Notes under the pieces: generated by a model
Database searches by the model: none
Told to the model about the DNA's origin: nothing
Seen by the model: only the letters and a program-made list of their open reading frames with translations
NCBI GenBank assembly: GCA_965644295.1
Contig: CBFFRP010000090.1
Coordinates: forward strand, 96,833-160,832
DNA from: Paraphysomonas bandaiensis
Taxonomy: Eukaryota > Protista > Chrysophyceae
Length of the DNA stretch: 64,000 nucleotides
Direction: 5' to 3'
Program-made: the position numbers and the translations under genes
Shown: in pieces, positions 1-12,149 of the stretch
How positions within the stretch are numbered: the first letter of the stretch is position 1
Layout: the number at the start of each line of letters is the position of its first letter

Positions 1-98
1 GTGTGTGTGTGTCTCTGAAGCCCGAAGATTCGGATGAAGATATCGAGGAGTATTTGAATAGGTCAGATGGGGATAGTGATGATAACTCATCCTCATAG
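1..98 (+). CDS. probable 3' end of an upstream gene (acidic C-terminus), truncated by window edge
   Basis: Open frame ...LKPEDSDEDIEEYLNRSDGDSDDNSSS-TAG(96-98), followed by AT-rich sequence. Confidence 0.3.
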   Translation, partial: VCVSLKPEDSDEDIEEYLNRSDGDSDDNSSS

Positions 99-559
99 GT
101 GCTCTATTCATTATTTTTACTAGCTGTTATGTCCATATGTGTCCATGTATATTATACTTTAACAATGTATTACACATATTGTTTAAGATAAAAGAACAAC
201 AATATTATAGTGTTTTATCGACTATTCTGATAACCTCTTCAGTGATTGTACTAAGTGAAATGTACTTCTCTATCCTATGTCATCAATGGCAGCATGTTTA
301 GCATCAAGCTAACCTTTCCATCACATAATTACTTGCTTATATAATAAATAGCACCTTATGTAGGAGTTGCATATTGAATATACAATATACTGTTTCAGAC
401 AAACGAGATATAATACGAAAGCTGTCTATGTTAAATAATGTTGATTAGATATAAATGATGTATTTGCACATGAAGGCGAGCTGGATGAAAAGAAAGAGAA
501 TGATGAAAAAGCCAAGATCATTCGTTTACATAAGGACCCCGAAAGCGAAAGAAAGCACT

Positions 560-789
560 CACCAAGCTGTCAACATGATATCGTTGCATAAAACAATTGT
601 ATGGCACTACTAATGTTTGTCACAGGTTGTTTAGCAGAGATAAGATTGTTATGACTAATTTCGCAAGCGAATGACACCTCTAGACACCTTGAAATGTTGA
701 TGTTTCTGCGTGCAAATCGACATCTTTGGGGTAAAATTATAGGTCAGAAAGCTATTCTAAGATCTAGCAATAGATTTGAAGGCAATTAA
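560..789 (+). mobile_element. degenerate hAT-type transposase C-terminal (dimerisation-domain) relic
   Basis: With 2 frameshifts it reads YRCIKQLYGTTNVCHRLFSRDKIVMTN/RKRMTP/RHLEMLMFLRANRHLW, matching the hAT dimerisation motif (T.N..ERLFS.......R..M....LE..LFL..N..LW). A homologous relic lies at 37170-37520. Confidence 0.75.
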
Positions 790-1111
790 TAGGATGCTTG
801 ATAATAATAGCAATTATTATTGTTGGATATCTGTCACCTATTTATTGTTACGCAATCCTGTCAAGTGCACAGAATAACTCTTCGTTTACACATTTACACG
901 ATCAAGGAGTGAGACAATTGTTGTGCTAAGTGCCAACTGTGCTTAATGTAGAATGTAGTATGTAGTCGTTAAATTAATGTAAAATGTTCATTAGTACTGT
1001 TACTTTAATGATTGATAATTGATAACAGTTAATAGTCTTTAATAATAAGATGTTTTTATTCAGAACCGCATTCAAAATCACGTGAGATATCAACATTTGG
1101 TACAGCAGTAC

Positions 1112-2005
1112 TTAACCCAACCAATTTAACAAAAGTCTGTCGTGGGACATTTGCTTTATTTCATCCCTACTACCGTGCAGACAAAGAAATTCGAGCACTC
1201 TGTCTTCGCGGCTTCCTTGAAGTATACCTTGTATATTTATTGAATTCACAGTGCGGCCCCCTTTTTCTGAGCTAGTATTTGAATTATTACTCCGAAGAAG
1301 TTCTGCTCTGCGCCTTCTCTGACGCCTTCGATTGACTGTGAAAGGAGTAGTGGAGAGAGGTCGTTTTCTACATTCATCAGATAAGTCCCCAGTGTCTCGT
1401 TGTACTTCACGTGGAAGTGATCTACCTAACCGCCCAAGCATTCCTCGGTCAATGATGCAGAATGAATATGTGTAAACACTAGGATACGAAGAACTGAATT
1501 TACACCATTCCTCGTAAAGATTTTCCGCGTCTTGTTTACCTCTCCTGCGGAAATGGTCATAAATCTAAGTAGAAGGTTATAAAACACTATACTTGAGTAT
1601 ATATTCTTACATTTGTCAGTGTGCTTCTTATCTGACTCATTTCTTTCCTGATCCACTCCCCGTCTCGATGTGATCTCCCATCCAACGAAGGATTAAGATC
1701 ATAGCAGCTTTGGGCTATGCTCTCCATTTCTGAAACGGGCCTGTAGTACATTGTGTAATACCATTCGTCACTCACATGAAATGATTTGAGGGTGTGCCGT
1801 CCTCGTTATAGTGTACACATTGGTTTTGGAACACTAAACTGTGATCATTAAACATTTTTGCCAATTGCAAATGCATCAAACGGCATCTGCACATATAAAT
1901 TTAGTGGCAATAACTTGCTTACGATATGGTGTGTAACCTGTCATGCTTTGTAGTATTGGCTCCATCATCTTGGTCAGTATCAAAGGCTTCAGGCTTGGTT
2001 GCCAT
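1112..2005 (-). CDS. hypothetical protein, 4 exons (~258 aa)
   Basis: ATG at 2005; GT-AG introns at 1922-1887 (36 nt), 1775-1741 (35 nt) and 1610-1565 (46 nt) join three ORF-track fragments into one frame (MATKPEAFDTD...GEWIRKEMSQIRSTLTNIYDHFRRRGKQDAENLYEEW...LLLNWLG*); Arg-rich NLS-like tract. Confidence 0.7.
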
Positions 2006-2537
2006 TTTAGTTCACAGTTATATATGAGTATGTTATGAGGTGTGTTGCTACATAGCAATATACTCTGTGTGTGTATAGAGAAGCAGCCAAAACAAACTTA
2101 ACTATCATGCATATATTGTCAATTCAACCAATCATATCACTCCTTACTATCCTGCTGCTGGTCATGTGTAGAAAGCGTTTTTGAAACGGTTGTATGTGGG
2201 TGTATACAGAGCAGAGGCAGTAATACAGTACTGTGTAAAGGTGTGAGTATACGTCTTGTGTAGGAGATTGTGCACTATGTACACAGCATAGAGCAGTACA
2301 TACATCATCATATGTAAGACCACTCAAGCTGACTTCGACTTCATTCCTGTGTCCTCTGTACGAAGATGAAGACAGGCTGAGCTACCCATAACTATATATA
2401 GAATCCTATAGCTACCTATCACACTATTATTACAAGCTGACCAGCTGGTGTATACTGTAGAGAACACATGTTTCATGCACTCTTCGTTTATTGTGACTGT
2501 GATTTACTTACCTTATAGTTCGTTTGATTAGCTTAAG

Positions 2538-5500
2538 ATGCCACGAGTGAATCAGAGTAGTAGAAATCCCACTCTTGAGCCCATCATGCGCTCATCCACC
2601 ACACAGCCACAGTATCTCTCTTCTGGTTCAAGAAGGGGTCAAGACTGGGACTCGAGTTGTCCAGCAGGTGGAAAAGTGATGATGGAATACAGTGCCATAA
2701 CAGATCCGTACTGCCCGTACACGCGAACAAAGGCATTTAAAAAGCATATGAAACGACAGCAGAAACTTGAAAAAATTCCTGCGGAAAAGTTATCGAAGTC
2801 ACTTGGTGCCGGGCTGCAGACTTCGATGAACACCTCTAGTCGGCCAACTTCAGCTCCTCAACGCAAAAACGCCCCGAAACACCAAAGCGAGAATTTTCTG
2901 AGTAGCGGTGTAACTATATCTTCAGAAGCTCAAGGTAGTGCTGCCGAAAGTCAAGCTGAATTGGAGGTATTGAAGGCTATTTTGAACCGCGAGGGTTATC
3001 TCTCTCGCCTGAGCAAGGTTGTTAAGAAAGTGGACAAAAAGTTCAAACCAGAGATCGCAGATGTTCTGGACATGATACGCATTGCCACTACAGATGTTGT
3101 GGATGCTATCGAGAATTGGCGAAATATTAAGGTAAATGTGACTGACGCATCTGATATGTCGAGTGATTTTTGTCGCTTACAGAACGATCCAGATTGTGCG
3201 TTTATGTGGAATGGAATTAATTACTTACTCAAGATTCCTACTGACATGGACTATATTGACCGGTGTAAAGTTATCACAGACTGGCTGGGGTTTGGAATTT
3301 CCCGTAACCCATTCTGTGTCCCGTATCCAATGGAGGAAGGAGCAGAATTATTCTCGGGATCCCTGATGGCCACATCAGAGGGTCCGAGCGAACAGATGTC
3401 CGTCTCGACGACTGATGGGTTTGTAATTGGCGGGAGTAAAAGTTTTTCGAGTTCATCTAAGTTGCGGAACAAATTTCCTCGTGCATCTCGTCAGGGAGGT
3501 GAGGAATATGCATCGGCCAGTGTTGGATCTCCCTATAAGAGGGGTAGCGGTGATATATCGGGTTATACACCTAGCACATATGGTGGAGGCGCAGCGCTGG
3601 CAGGCTCGACATCCAAGGGTGCGGTACAGTCCTTTATTCCTAATAAAGAAATGGTTCGAATACGTAACGCTGAGAGGGTGATACTGGTGGAAGAGGACAA
3701 GTTTGGTAGGCTAGACAGAGACCCCGAAGGAAGAATAATTCACAATTCCCAGGTAATTTGCGACGAATATATGTAGTGCAGGATATGAATAGTGATTGTA
3801 CGTATGTTTTTTTATATTTACTGTTTGTTAGGAATTCGCTATGCCCATGTCGGTTTCGCAAAGGGGTGATGAGTTGAGTGGGGCTGGGCTTGATAACGAG
3901 GTTGATTTATCAGACGGCGATGTGGATGCACTAGATAAAGTGACTCAGCGTCCAATCACAGGAAACAAAGAGCGTAGTGTGAGAGCGGTGGACGGTGGAA
4001 TGATTACATCTGGGGTGTCTCAATCTCGGGTGTCACATCTTCCCACACGCTCGCATGAAGTAAATACTAAGAACAGTAACAGGAAGAAAACAGTTGGGGA
4101 TAGGCTAGCTGAGATCACAGCACTGAAAGAGAAGATAGCCATGGAAAAGTCGCTTCTCGAAAAATCACAACAGCAGTTAGATGAATTGAATGGTGTCAAG
4201 GTTGTCAAACCCAAGAAGGGCCGTGTTCAGAGTAAAACAGCCAAGAATATTGATGGGAAAGGAACGTTGGTGGAAAGTGTAGCGAATGAAGATGAAGTCA
4301 AGGAGGATAGAGACGAAGTTGACAACGTGAAAAGTAGTTCTGACTATGGAAAAGAGATATATATAGTAGAAGAAATTGAGCATAAAACTCTGCAAAATGA
4401 AGAAAGCGATGCGCGAAATAGTCCACAGAAAGATGTGCACTTCGATCCATATGATCTTTACGCAACCAAAGCTCAAACTCAAGTCCGAAAGTGGCTGGCC
4501 CAGCGGTTCGTGACCCATTATAGAAAAGCAGCGAATGAAGCGAGTAATGTTATCCAAACGAGAGTTAGAGGCATGTGTGCGAGATTAAGATGCAGGAAGC
4601 TCATGAGACAGAAACGCGCGGCAATTGAAATTCAAAGGCATTTTCGTGGAATGTCGTCAAGAGTAAGTATTTAGTAACCGTCATGTGATAATGTTTAATA
4701 TCTACGATAGCTGGCTAGTGCTGCTGTGGCTCGAAATTATCACGATTGTAAGGCTGCTATTAAAATACAGAAGATATGGCGACGCATTCTGGCCCTTAAT
4801 CGCGTTGAAACAAAAAAAATACTAGATGACTGCTCTGCAGATGCAATGGAATGTGTAAACGCAAGGAATTTATTTCCAATGGATGTGAAAGAGCTATCGA
4901 TTCGGATTCAATTGGCACTAAGCGAGCCTCATAATGTTACTCTTCCGCCTGATGAAGTACTTCACTTACTTCGGATGAGTAGTATTCTACTCGCAGCCGG
5001 AGAAGGAGTTTCAAACCTAACTTCAACTGATCAGGGTGTGTCTACCTCGAGTCCTACACAAGATAGCCGCAATATGTCTTGGCAACAAGCAATGAAGCTT
5101 GTGAACAGATCAAATAAATTTCTTCGACGCATCAGGGCTCTGGCGTACGCACCAATTGCAAAGCCTCCGCGCTTGATTAATCTTCCTGATGATGCAATAG
5201 CACTGTATAAGGCACAGGGCCGCAACCCTAAATGGTGTCTCTCATATTTTGAATCAATTGGAAAAGGCTCGAAGTTTTGCGCACAGTTATTTAAGTGGCT
5301 TGTAAGCATGATTCAAGTGGGCCAGGCTCAAACGAAGTTCTTTGAGTACATTGGCGATAAATTTCCGGATTGGCTCCCGAAATTGTTTGAGGTACAGAAG
5401 CAAGCTCGCAAATGCGAGTTTGATATAGCATTGAACAACCGTTCTATTGCTCTTATTATTCAAACAATTGAGGTAACCCCTGATGATGGGAATCTAAAAC

Positions 5501-8500
5501 TTATTCTTGAAAAAGAAAAGCAAGCCCTTGTCAAAGAAAACGAGGGGCTTGACTGTAAATTACAGAGCTATACTAAAAGAGAGAAAATAATATGTGATGA
5601 TCAAAACGATGTGGAAACATCCACGCTTGATACAATGACCGCAAAGTTGGACATGAAAGAAAATAGTCTAAGAGAGACTGCTCAAGAATATTTGAGTCTA
5701 ATCAAATTAACTGAAGAAGGTGACATGTCAGCAGAAAGTAAGTTACAACCCACAAGGGAGAAACTTACTGCATTGCGCTCAGAGGTACAAGACGCTAGAA
5801 TTCAGCATGGTCTGCTCGTGGCCCAGGTTGATAGCAATCGGAAACGGCGACGAAATAGAAAGCCTATTTCCGCTAATGTACTTGTTAAGGTAAATCTTGC
5901 CGGAGAAGCTAAAGCTTTGCTGACCCTCGCGACGGCCAAGAAGGCTGTTCTTTTATTGGATCGGGGCATTCATTCAGAAGATGGGCTGCATCGAAATCCT
6001 GATGCTGCCGCCATATATGACGACTTGTGCTACCAAGAGAGGCAGCGAAAGACTGAATTTCGATCATTGCTGCGGCAAGCTGACGAGGAGCTCCAGGTTC
6101 TTAATAATTCATTCACGAGTGGAATATTCAAACGCGAAGAAGATGAAAGGAATGAGCGTGCGAAATTTGTTCCCACTGAGGCGGAGCTTGAGGAAGAGCG
6201 TATGGAAGATGAACGTGAAGCGAGGGAGGAGCGTTTTGCAAACCAGAATTTTGTGCCTCATGAAGTGATGTACGATGCTCCTGACAGACTGCGGCCAGTA
6301 ATATTGGCTTTTGGTCGCGATGTGCCTGGTTTCACCAAGGATAAGATCATATCTGATGTGACTGCGCAACTTCCTGGAATGTTTATACAGCTGGACTGCG
6401 ACGGAAACATGGGGCTTGATCGCAATGAAATGCAGGGCGTGTTAGATGCCAAGAAGTCAATTATCATATCGGTTGATCATGGCCTAACACAAACCAGCCG
6501 TGTTGCTTTCATGAAAGCTTACTCTACCGTCGTGCGATGTTTAGTTCCAAAGCCGTACACAATATTTGTGTTAGGGGAAGATGGGAATGCTCGCAAAGCA
6601 AACGGCGATCAACGTTTTGGTGTATCTGTCAAAGACATTCAGCATTTGCACGATGCACCAATAAAGCTATCACTGGAGAAAATGGCGTGGATTTTGCAAG
6701 AGCTCGTGACTGATGATATTCGCCAGCGAATGGAGTTACGGGCTGCAATGATTGTTCCTCCGTCCCCTGCATATATTATATGTTTGGAAGCGCTCTTCAT
6801 TGCACAGTCTGATCATACGAGATTCCAGCAACCAGAAGATAATATTGCAGCTATTTCGTATCGGGCAACACAGGCTTTACTCCAAGATCCGCATCGCCTT
6901 GTTGCCCTTCTGCAGCAAATGGGACGCGGAAAAGCAGATGAGAAGTTGTGTGATATATTGAAAAATTACACCGCACATCGTTCGTGGCCGTATCCGTCGC
7001 ATCCGGAAAGGCAGAGTGACCCACTGTTAAACTTGTTAGCAACTTATGTTGAGGAATGGACCAACAGTGAAGTGATGACACTTGAGCGAGGCGGTATACC
7101 CGATAGTGGTTTATTCAAAAATTCCATGGAAAGAGTGCAAAGTGTCGTCACCATAGCTGATGTAACTGATGCTAATGATGAATTGGCGGCGAAAAAAAGG
7201 TCTGGTTGGAAGACTCCAATGACTCAAATTTTGAAAGGAATTTTGTATGAGATGAGAGTTGCGAAGACTGTGCGGAAGATTGAAAAATATATGTACAGTA
7301 TAAATGTATACCGTGAGGCTGGGCGAATATTCTTTGATGCGTATGATGCAAGCACGTCACAGAGCTATGTAACGTCCGTATCCCTCTTCGAGGTGCCTTC
7401 GCTTCTTGTACCTAATGCTTTAACAAGTGACATGTCTAAAGAATCTGAAAGTGTGTCACCTCCTATGACCCCAAAAGAAATGTATATGCGATTAGTGAAG
7501 TTGCTTCGATTCCAGAAGGCCTCAAAGCTGAGGTCTAGTCGGAAAGAGCTGTTATGCAGGAGGGAAAATAGGTTCATGAGCCATCAAGTAACGAAGTTAT
7601 GCGGTCACTCCGTAATGCTCAAGTGCTTTGAGGCTGCTTTAGGTGAACTATACTTTGAGGCTTATTTACCAGAATATAGCGCTAAGCTGACGCTTCAAGT
7701 CGAAGACACTTTACGGTTAAAAATGTTAGCGAATTGTGACCAGCAGTTGGAGCATCGCATGTTGGAATCTGATTATAGTGTGGATTTGTTACCTTATGTG
7801 TTGGATCGTTTGCGCGTTACGCCCACCAAACCTGTCACCGATTCGCGAAAAGAAAAAGTTACAACTACTTCAGCGTTGTCACAGAAAACATCCAATCAAG
7901 GGTTTAGTTTGGTTCTGAACTGTAAAGCTGGTCCAGGTCGATTCCTTACAAAGAAAATTTTGTCTTTTGCTGGTATCCCATATTTATTGGCCTTACGCTC
8001 CTCTGCAGTCTCACAAACTCTGCGTATTATCGCGTACGAGCCGCGTACACAGGCGACTTCGGAATTGCGGTTGACTTCATTTTCCCGTGTGCTCTTACTT
8101 GGAGCAGTCAATGACGACCATAATATGTGGTTTCCAAAATTGAAAAAAATACTTCGCTTGGACTGGAAGAACAAGCGTGAATTGACAATTGACAAGACTT
8201 TATACCGTACAGTTAGGCGCATATCCAAGCGACGTTTAATCTTGACGTTTTCTCTTGCTGATGAAAATGGTCTTCTGTTCGACTTTCATGACCCTTTCAC
8301 AGGGGATCATTTCAGTGCTAATGTTACGAAGAATCATATTATAGATTTGTTGCATTATGACCAGAACGAATTGTTGGGTGAATCTAACACGGGTAAAATT
8401 GGCGCAGTTGTCAGTGCAGTGAAAGACATACTCCGATACATGCTGGGGGCAAGAAGGAAAGCGAATAAGGCGGGGACGAAAGCTATTGATCCATCTGAGT

Positions 8501-11390
8501 ACGATATACCATTGGAAGATATATTGTCACAGAAAGAGTGCTTGATTCATCTTGCTAATCAAATGCAGCAGCTGGTTGAGCGTTTGGTTCCATCTGATAT
8601 GAGGGGAGGTTATGTATGCCGATTTCCAACTGAAATTGTGTTTGAAAGGAAAGATCAAAGTGTTAACAATACTACGCATATTGTTTCCAATGATGAGTCG
8701 GTTATAACAGATGCCTCTTCAGCTACGTCTCGTATTCCCGCTTCTTGTTCTGGTATTGAGTCTGCAGTTTGTGATAGGGGAGTGGATACCAAGCCAAAAC
8801 TTGATATGGTTTTACGGCACACCCATCGCCTTGTTCAGCTTGAGCGTGGGGGTTCACTTGCGGATCTAATTGCTCGGCGGAGACAGCCAAAAGTGGTACG
8901 CATGGAGGACGAGTTGGACCGTCTTGCAGAATCCATGGCAGAGGCTGCGAAGCAGCGAATGATTGCAGATAAGTTGGCGGCTGAAGAGTTGCATCGTAAG
9001 CTCGTGGTTGATGGGGATGATCTTTCTTCGACAAATGAAGCCATTTCCAAAGAAATATTGCCTGACAAATCTGACATAGCACCTGCCGCTTCAAATGCAG
9101 ATATAGCTCTTGGGCCACCAAAAACATTGCGAGAGGAGAAAATCCGTGAGGAACGAGCTCCATTAAAACAAAGAAGTGAGGGCGAAAAATCCTCGAAACC
9201 AAATGATGACGAATCATCTGTGCCAGTATCAGTCGAATTTGAGGATAGTAAATTAGATGAGAGTATTGTTTCTGGGGACTATTTTGAAAAGGAGACTCTG
9301 GGCACAAGTGTTTCTGCTTCTCCTCGGGACATGTTTGCCTCTGCAGATGATATTTCGGTGAGTCCCAGTTTGATTGACGACCATGTCAAGGTACCATCGA
9401 CCAGACAGCAGAAGTTCTTGGAATCAGTGAAGTGCCGCCCACCACAATCCCTCTCGCCAGAAGAAGTTGAGAAAGTTCTCAAAGAAATAAAAGTTAGAGG
9501 TGAAATATGCGTGTTTGAAAGAGGTGTCAAGACGAATTTCCGTGAAGGTACTTCAAGATGGCATGGACACGTTAGTACTACTGTTTATGAAGCTGCATGC
9601 TGGGATAACATCGAAGGAGTGGGACGGAGTTTCCGATTCGTGGTGTATGAAACTAGAACTGCCTGCTACTATGAGGGTGTCGTGCGATCTACAAAACATC
9701 TTCGTGAAGTACTTGGCCCGACTGCGCAACACTTGCTTCATGCGGAAAAAACGAAAGAAATGGTGCTATTCATCTGTCGAAACAGGTTAGAAGTAGTCAG
9801 AAACACTACAACCTGGGATGGCGTGCCAGTAGAAGACCCCATGGCTCCTGCTTATCGAATTGAGTTCAAGACTGATCGTTTATATACCGATGAAAAGATT
9901 ACCCCTGCCTACGTTGGAGGCGAAGCTGATGCTGAGGCGAATAAAGATAAACTTATTGACAACGGTAACCTCCTGTCGTTTTTATTATTTTTTTTACAGT
10001 TCATTTTGCAGTTGAAGCTCGTGGTAGGAAAATTCTTCGCATTGCGAAACGAATCAGCGGTCTGTTATTACAACTGGTCGTGTTTGAACTTCCGTCCGGT
10101 GATGTGGAAAAAGCGAAGGCGGCCGAGGAAGAAGCCAAAAAGAGAGAGACTGAAGGCAAAGAAGGTAATACGTCAAAGGCGAGTAATCCTCCTCGTGTGG
10201 CCACGAAAAAGCGAGCGAATATGGAGCAATATATATCTCCTCCCATTCGTGTTGTTGGTTACGATCCGCGCACTAAGAAGCGTTCGGTTCTTTTCATCCC
10301 ACCGGAAGCTGTGATGGAAGTTGCTGGCGGTGCCTATTCTCAATATCTAGAGTTTGACCGTAGACGTGAGTTGGGAAAGCTAATATGTGACGCGCTGCAG
10401 CTTAACTTCCCTCGAGGTGGTGGATTTGATATGATTGTTCCTTGGTCTAAGGCTACGAAAGAGTCTATGGGCGCAGTGGCCTCTGATAAGACTTCATGGA
10501 GATCTTCAGCTGAACGTATTCTACGAAGACCTGGTAAAATATTCCGGTCAGCAATTTCGATCACTGGTTACAATATCATCGTATCCGTTTACGCCACCGG
10601 TATTGGTTCAGATGGGGCCGTGGGTGACGACAAGACCGTTGTCGTCAACTTCTATTCCTCGCTGGCATCTGAGGCAACTGAAATTCGATTGCCAGAAAAT
10701 ATACAGGTTGAATATTTAGGACAGCCTGTGATGAATTACCCGTCAGGGGAAGATCGATCCACAGCAATAAGGAATATGTGTAAATACTTTCGCGTGGATA
10801 TATACGATGATCCCGATGTTGATTCCAGGAGAATTCTTGATGTGGAGATGCTCCCACATGGGAATAGTTCGAAGCCTGATTCACGACTTTCAGGAGCTGA
10901 AGATGATATTGGTACACAGGGTTTTTTGCCACCTGAGTCAACAGGAAAGCTTCTCTTCCGCAGAAATACTCAAGTGTATGTTGTAGAGAAGGGCGGTTTG
11001 TCAGATGTAGAGTTTTTGGTATCGCTGTATACTAAGACAGAACAAGAAGGCGCAGAGAGGGGTATTGTGGTAAAAGTATACGATCCGAAGATTTCAGTCA
11101 CATTCTTTCAAGACTACGGACACAATGAAATCATCGCGCTCTGCAATCAAGCAGATGAGCCTGATCTTCTCAGAGATATTGTCACTACCCGCGATTATGT
11201 TTGTGGTGAAGCTGATGATACCTTAGAAGAAGGCTTGGTTACACCAAGTGAAAAGGAAGAGTCTCAGGAGAAGATGAATGAGTTAATTTCTATACTCTGT
11301 GATATAGTTACGAAGGATATAGGGATGACGACGAATTCTCAGGGAGAGAGAAGCTTATGTTCTCGTAGTTCTGTTTTTGAACCAAGTTAA
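2538..11390 (+). CDS. large IQ-motif/coiled-coil protein (~2,870 aa, 5 exons) with two dynein-MTBD-like segments; probably flagellar
   Basis: ORFs 2538, 3841, 4726 and 10080 join in frame through GT-AG introns 3132-3182, 3753-3831, 4663-4710 and 9965-10011; IQ motifs AQTQVRKWLAQR, IQTRVRGMCAR, IQRHFRGMSSR, IQKIWRRILA. Confidence 0.85.
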
Positions 11391-11691
11391 TGCATATTTT
11401 CTGTTTGTTTCGCATGTGTTTGTGGTTAGAATGTTACATAGTGATTTGGTACGTTAGTCACCGTAATAATGTGTGTTTTTACACTTATGGAGCTGTTATG
11501 TTGCAGTGTTTTTCAATGGTTAGTAAACTGAATGTGTCTCTTAGGCCAAAGGTGTAACAAGTTGCCTTTATTTCGTATATATCGTAGTTAAGGCAACATG
11601 TCGTGGCCTGGAATAATGGATGTATCACAATCACATGAAGCGGCGACTGCTATGCTCTATGCTGTAGTCTAGTGTTATAATATGTACCGCC

Positions 11692-12024
11692 CACTCAGGA
11701 CCTTAATACAGAACCCTGTACCTCAGAGCCTGGCGGAACCTTATCCCAAGGGGAGACCCCCGGACAACTCGCGCCAGTGAGTCCTAAGACACACAAGCAG
11801 GGCGAAACTCACAAACAACAAGAACGGAAGTGGTTGCACCATGGTGCTTGCGGCGACGCACAAGCAGCTTCTGTAGCGCTAAATAGTAGGATAATAGAAT
11901 TTGTGCTGATTAGTTATGGGTAGAGGTCTAACTAGTAGATCTAGCATACCACTGGCCACTATATCGGAACGAGTTTTTAACGCCTATTGCTAAATAAAAA
12001 GACTTTCAATATAAAGACTTTCAA
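11692..12024 (+). mobile_element. 5'-truncated LINE-like 3' end with 16-bp target-site duplication
   Basis: TATAATATGTACCGCC occurs at 11676-11691 and 12025-12040; internal sequence is homologous to 12150-12440(-) and 49210-49440(-); tail (AAAGACTTTCAATAT)x2. Confidence 0.85.
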
Positions 12025-12149
12025 TATAATATGTACCGCCGACTATGGGCTTCGGTTAAATAATCAATTTTGTATGTTGGGTAGTCTTGAAGTTAACATA
12101 TAAGAAGGAAGAGTAAAGAGTATAGTCGAAGATGTAGAAGAATATATTT

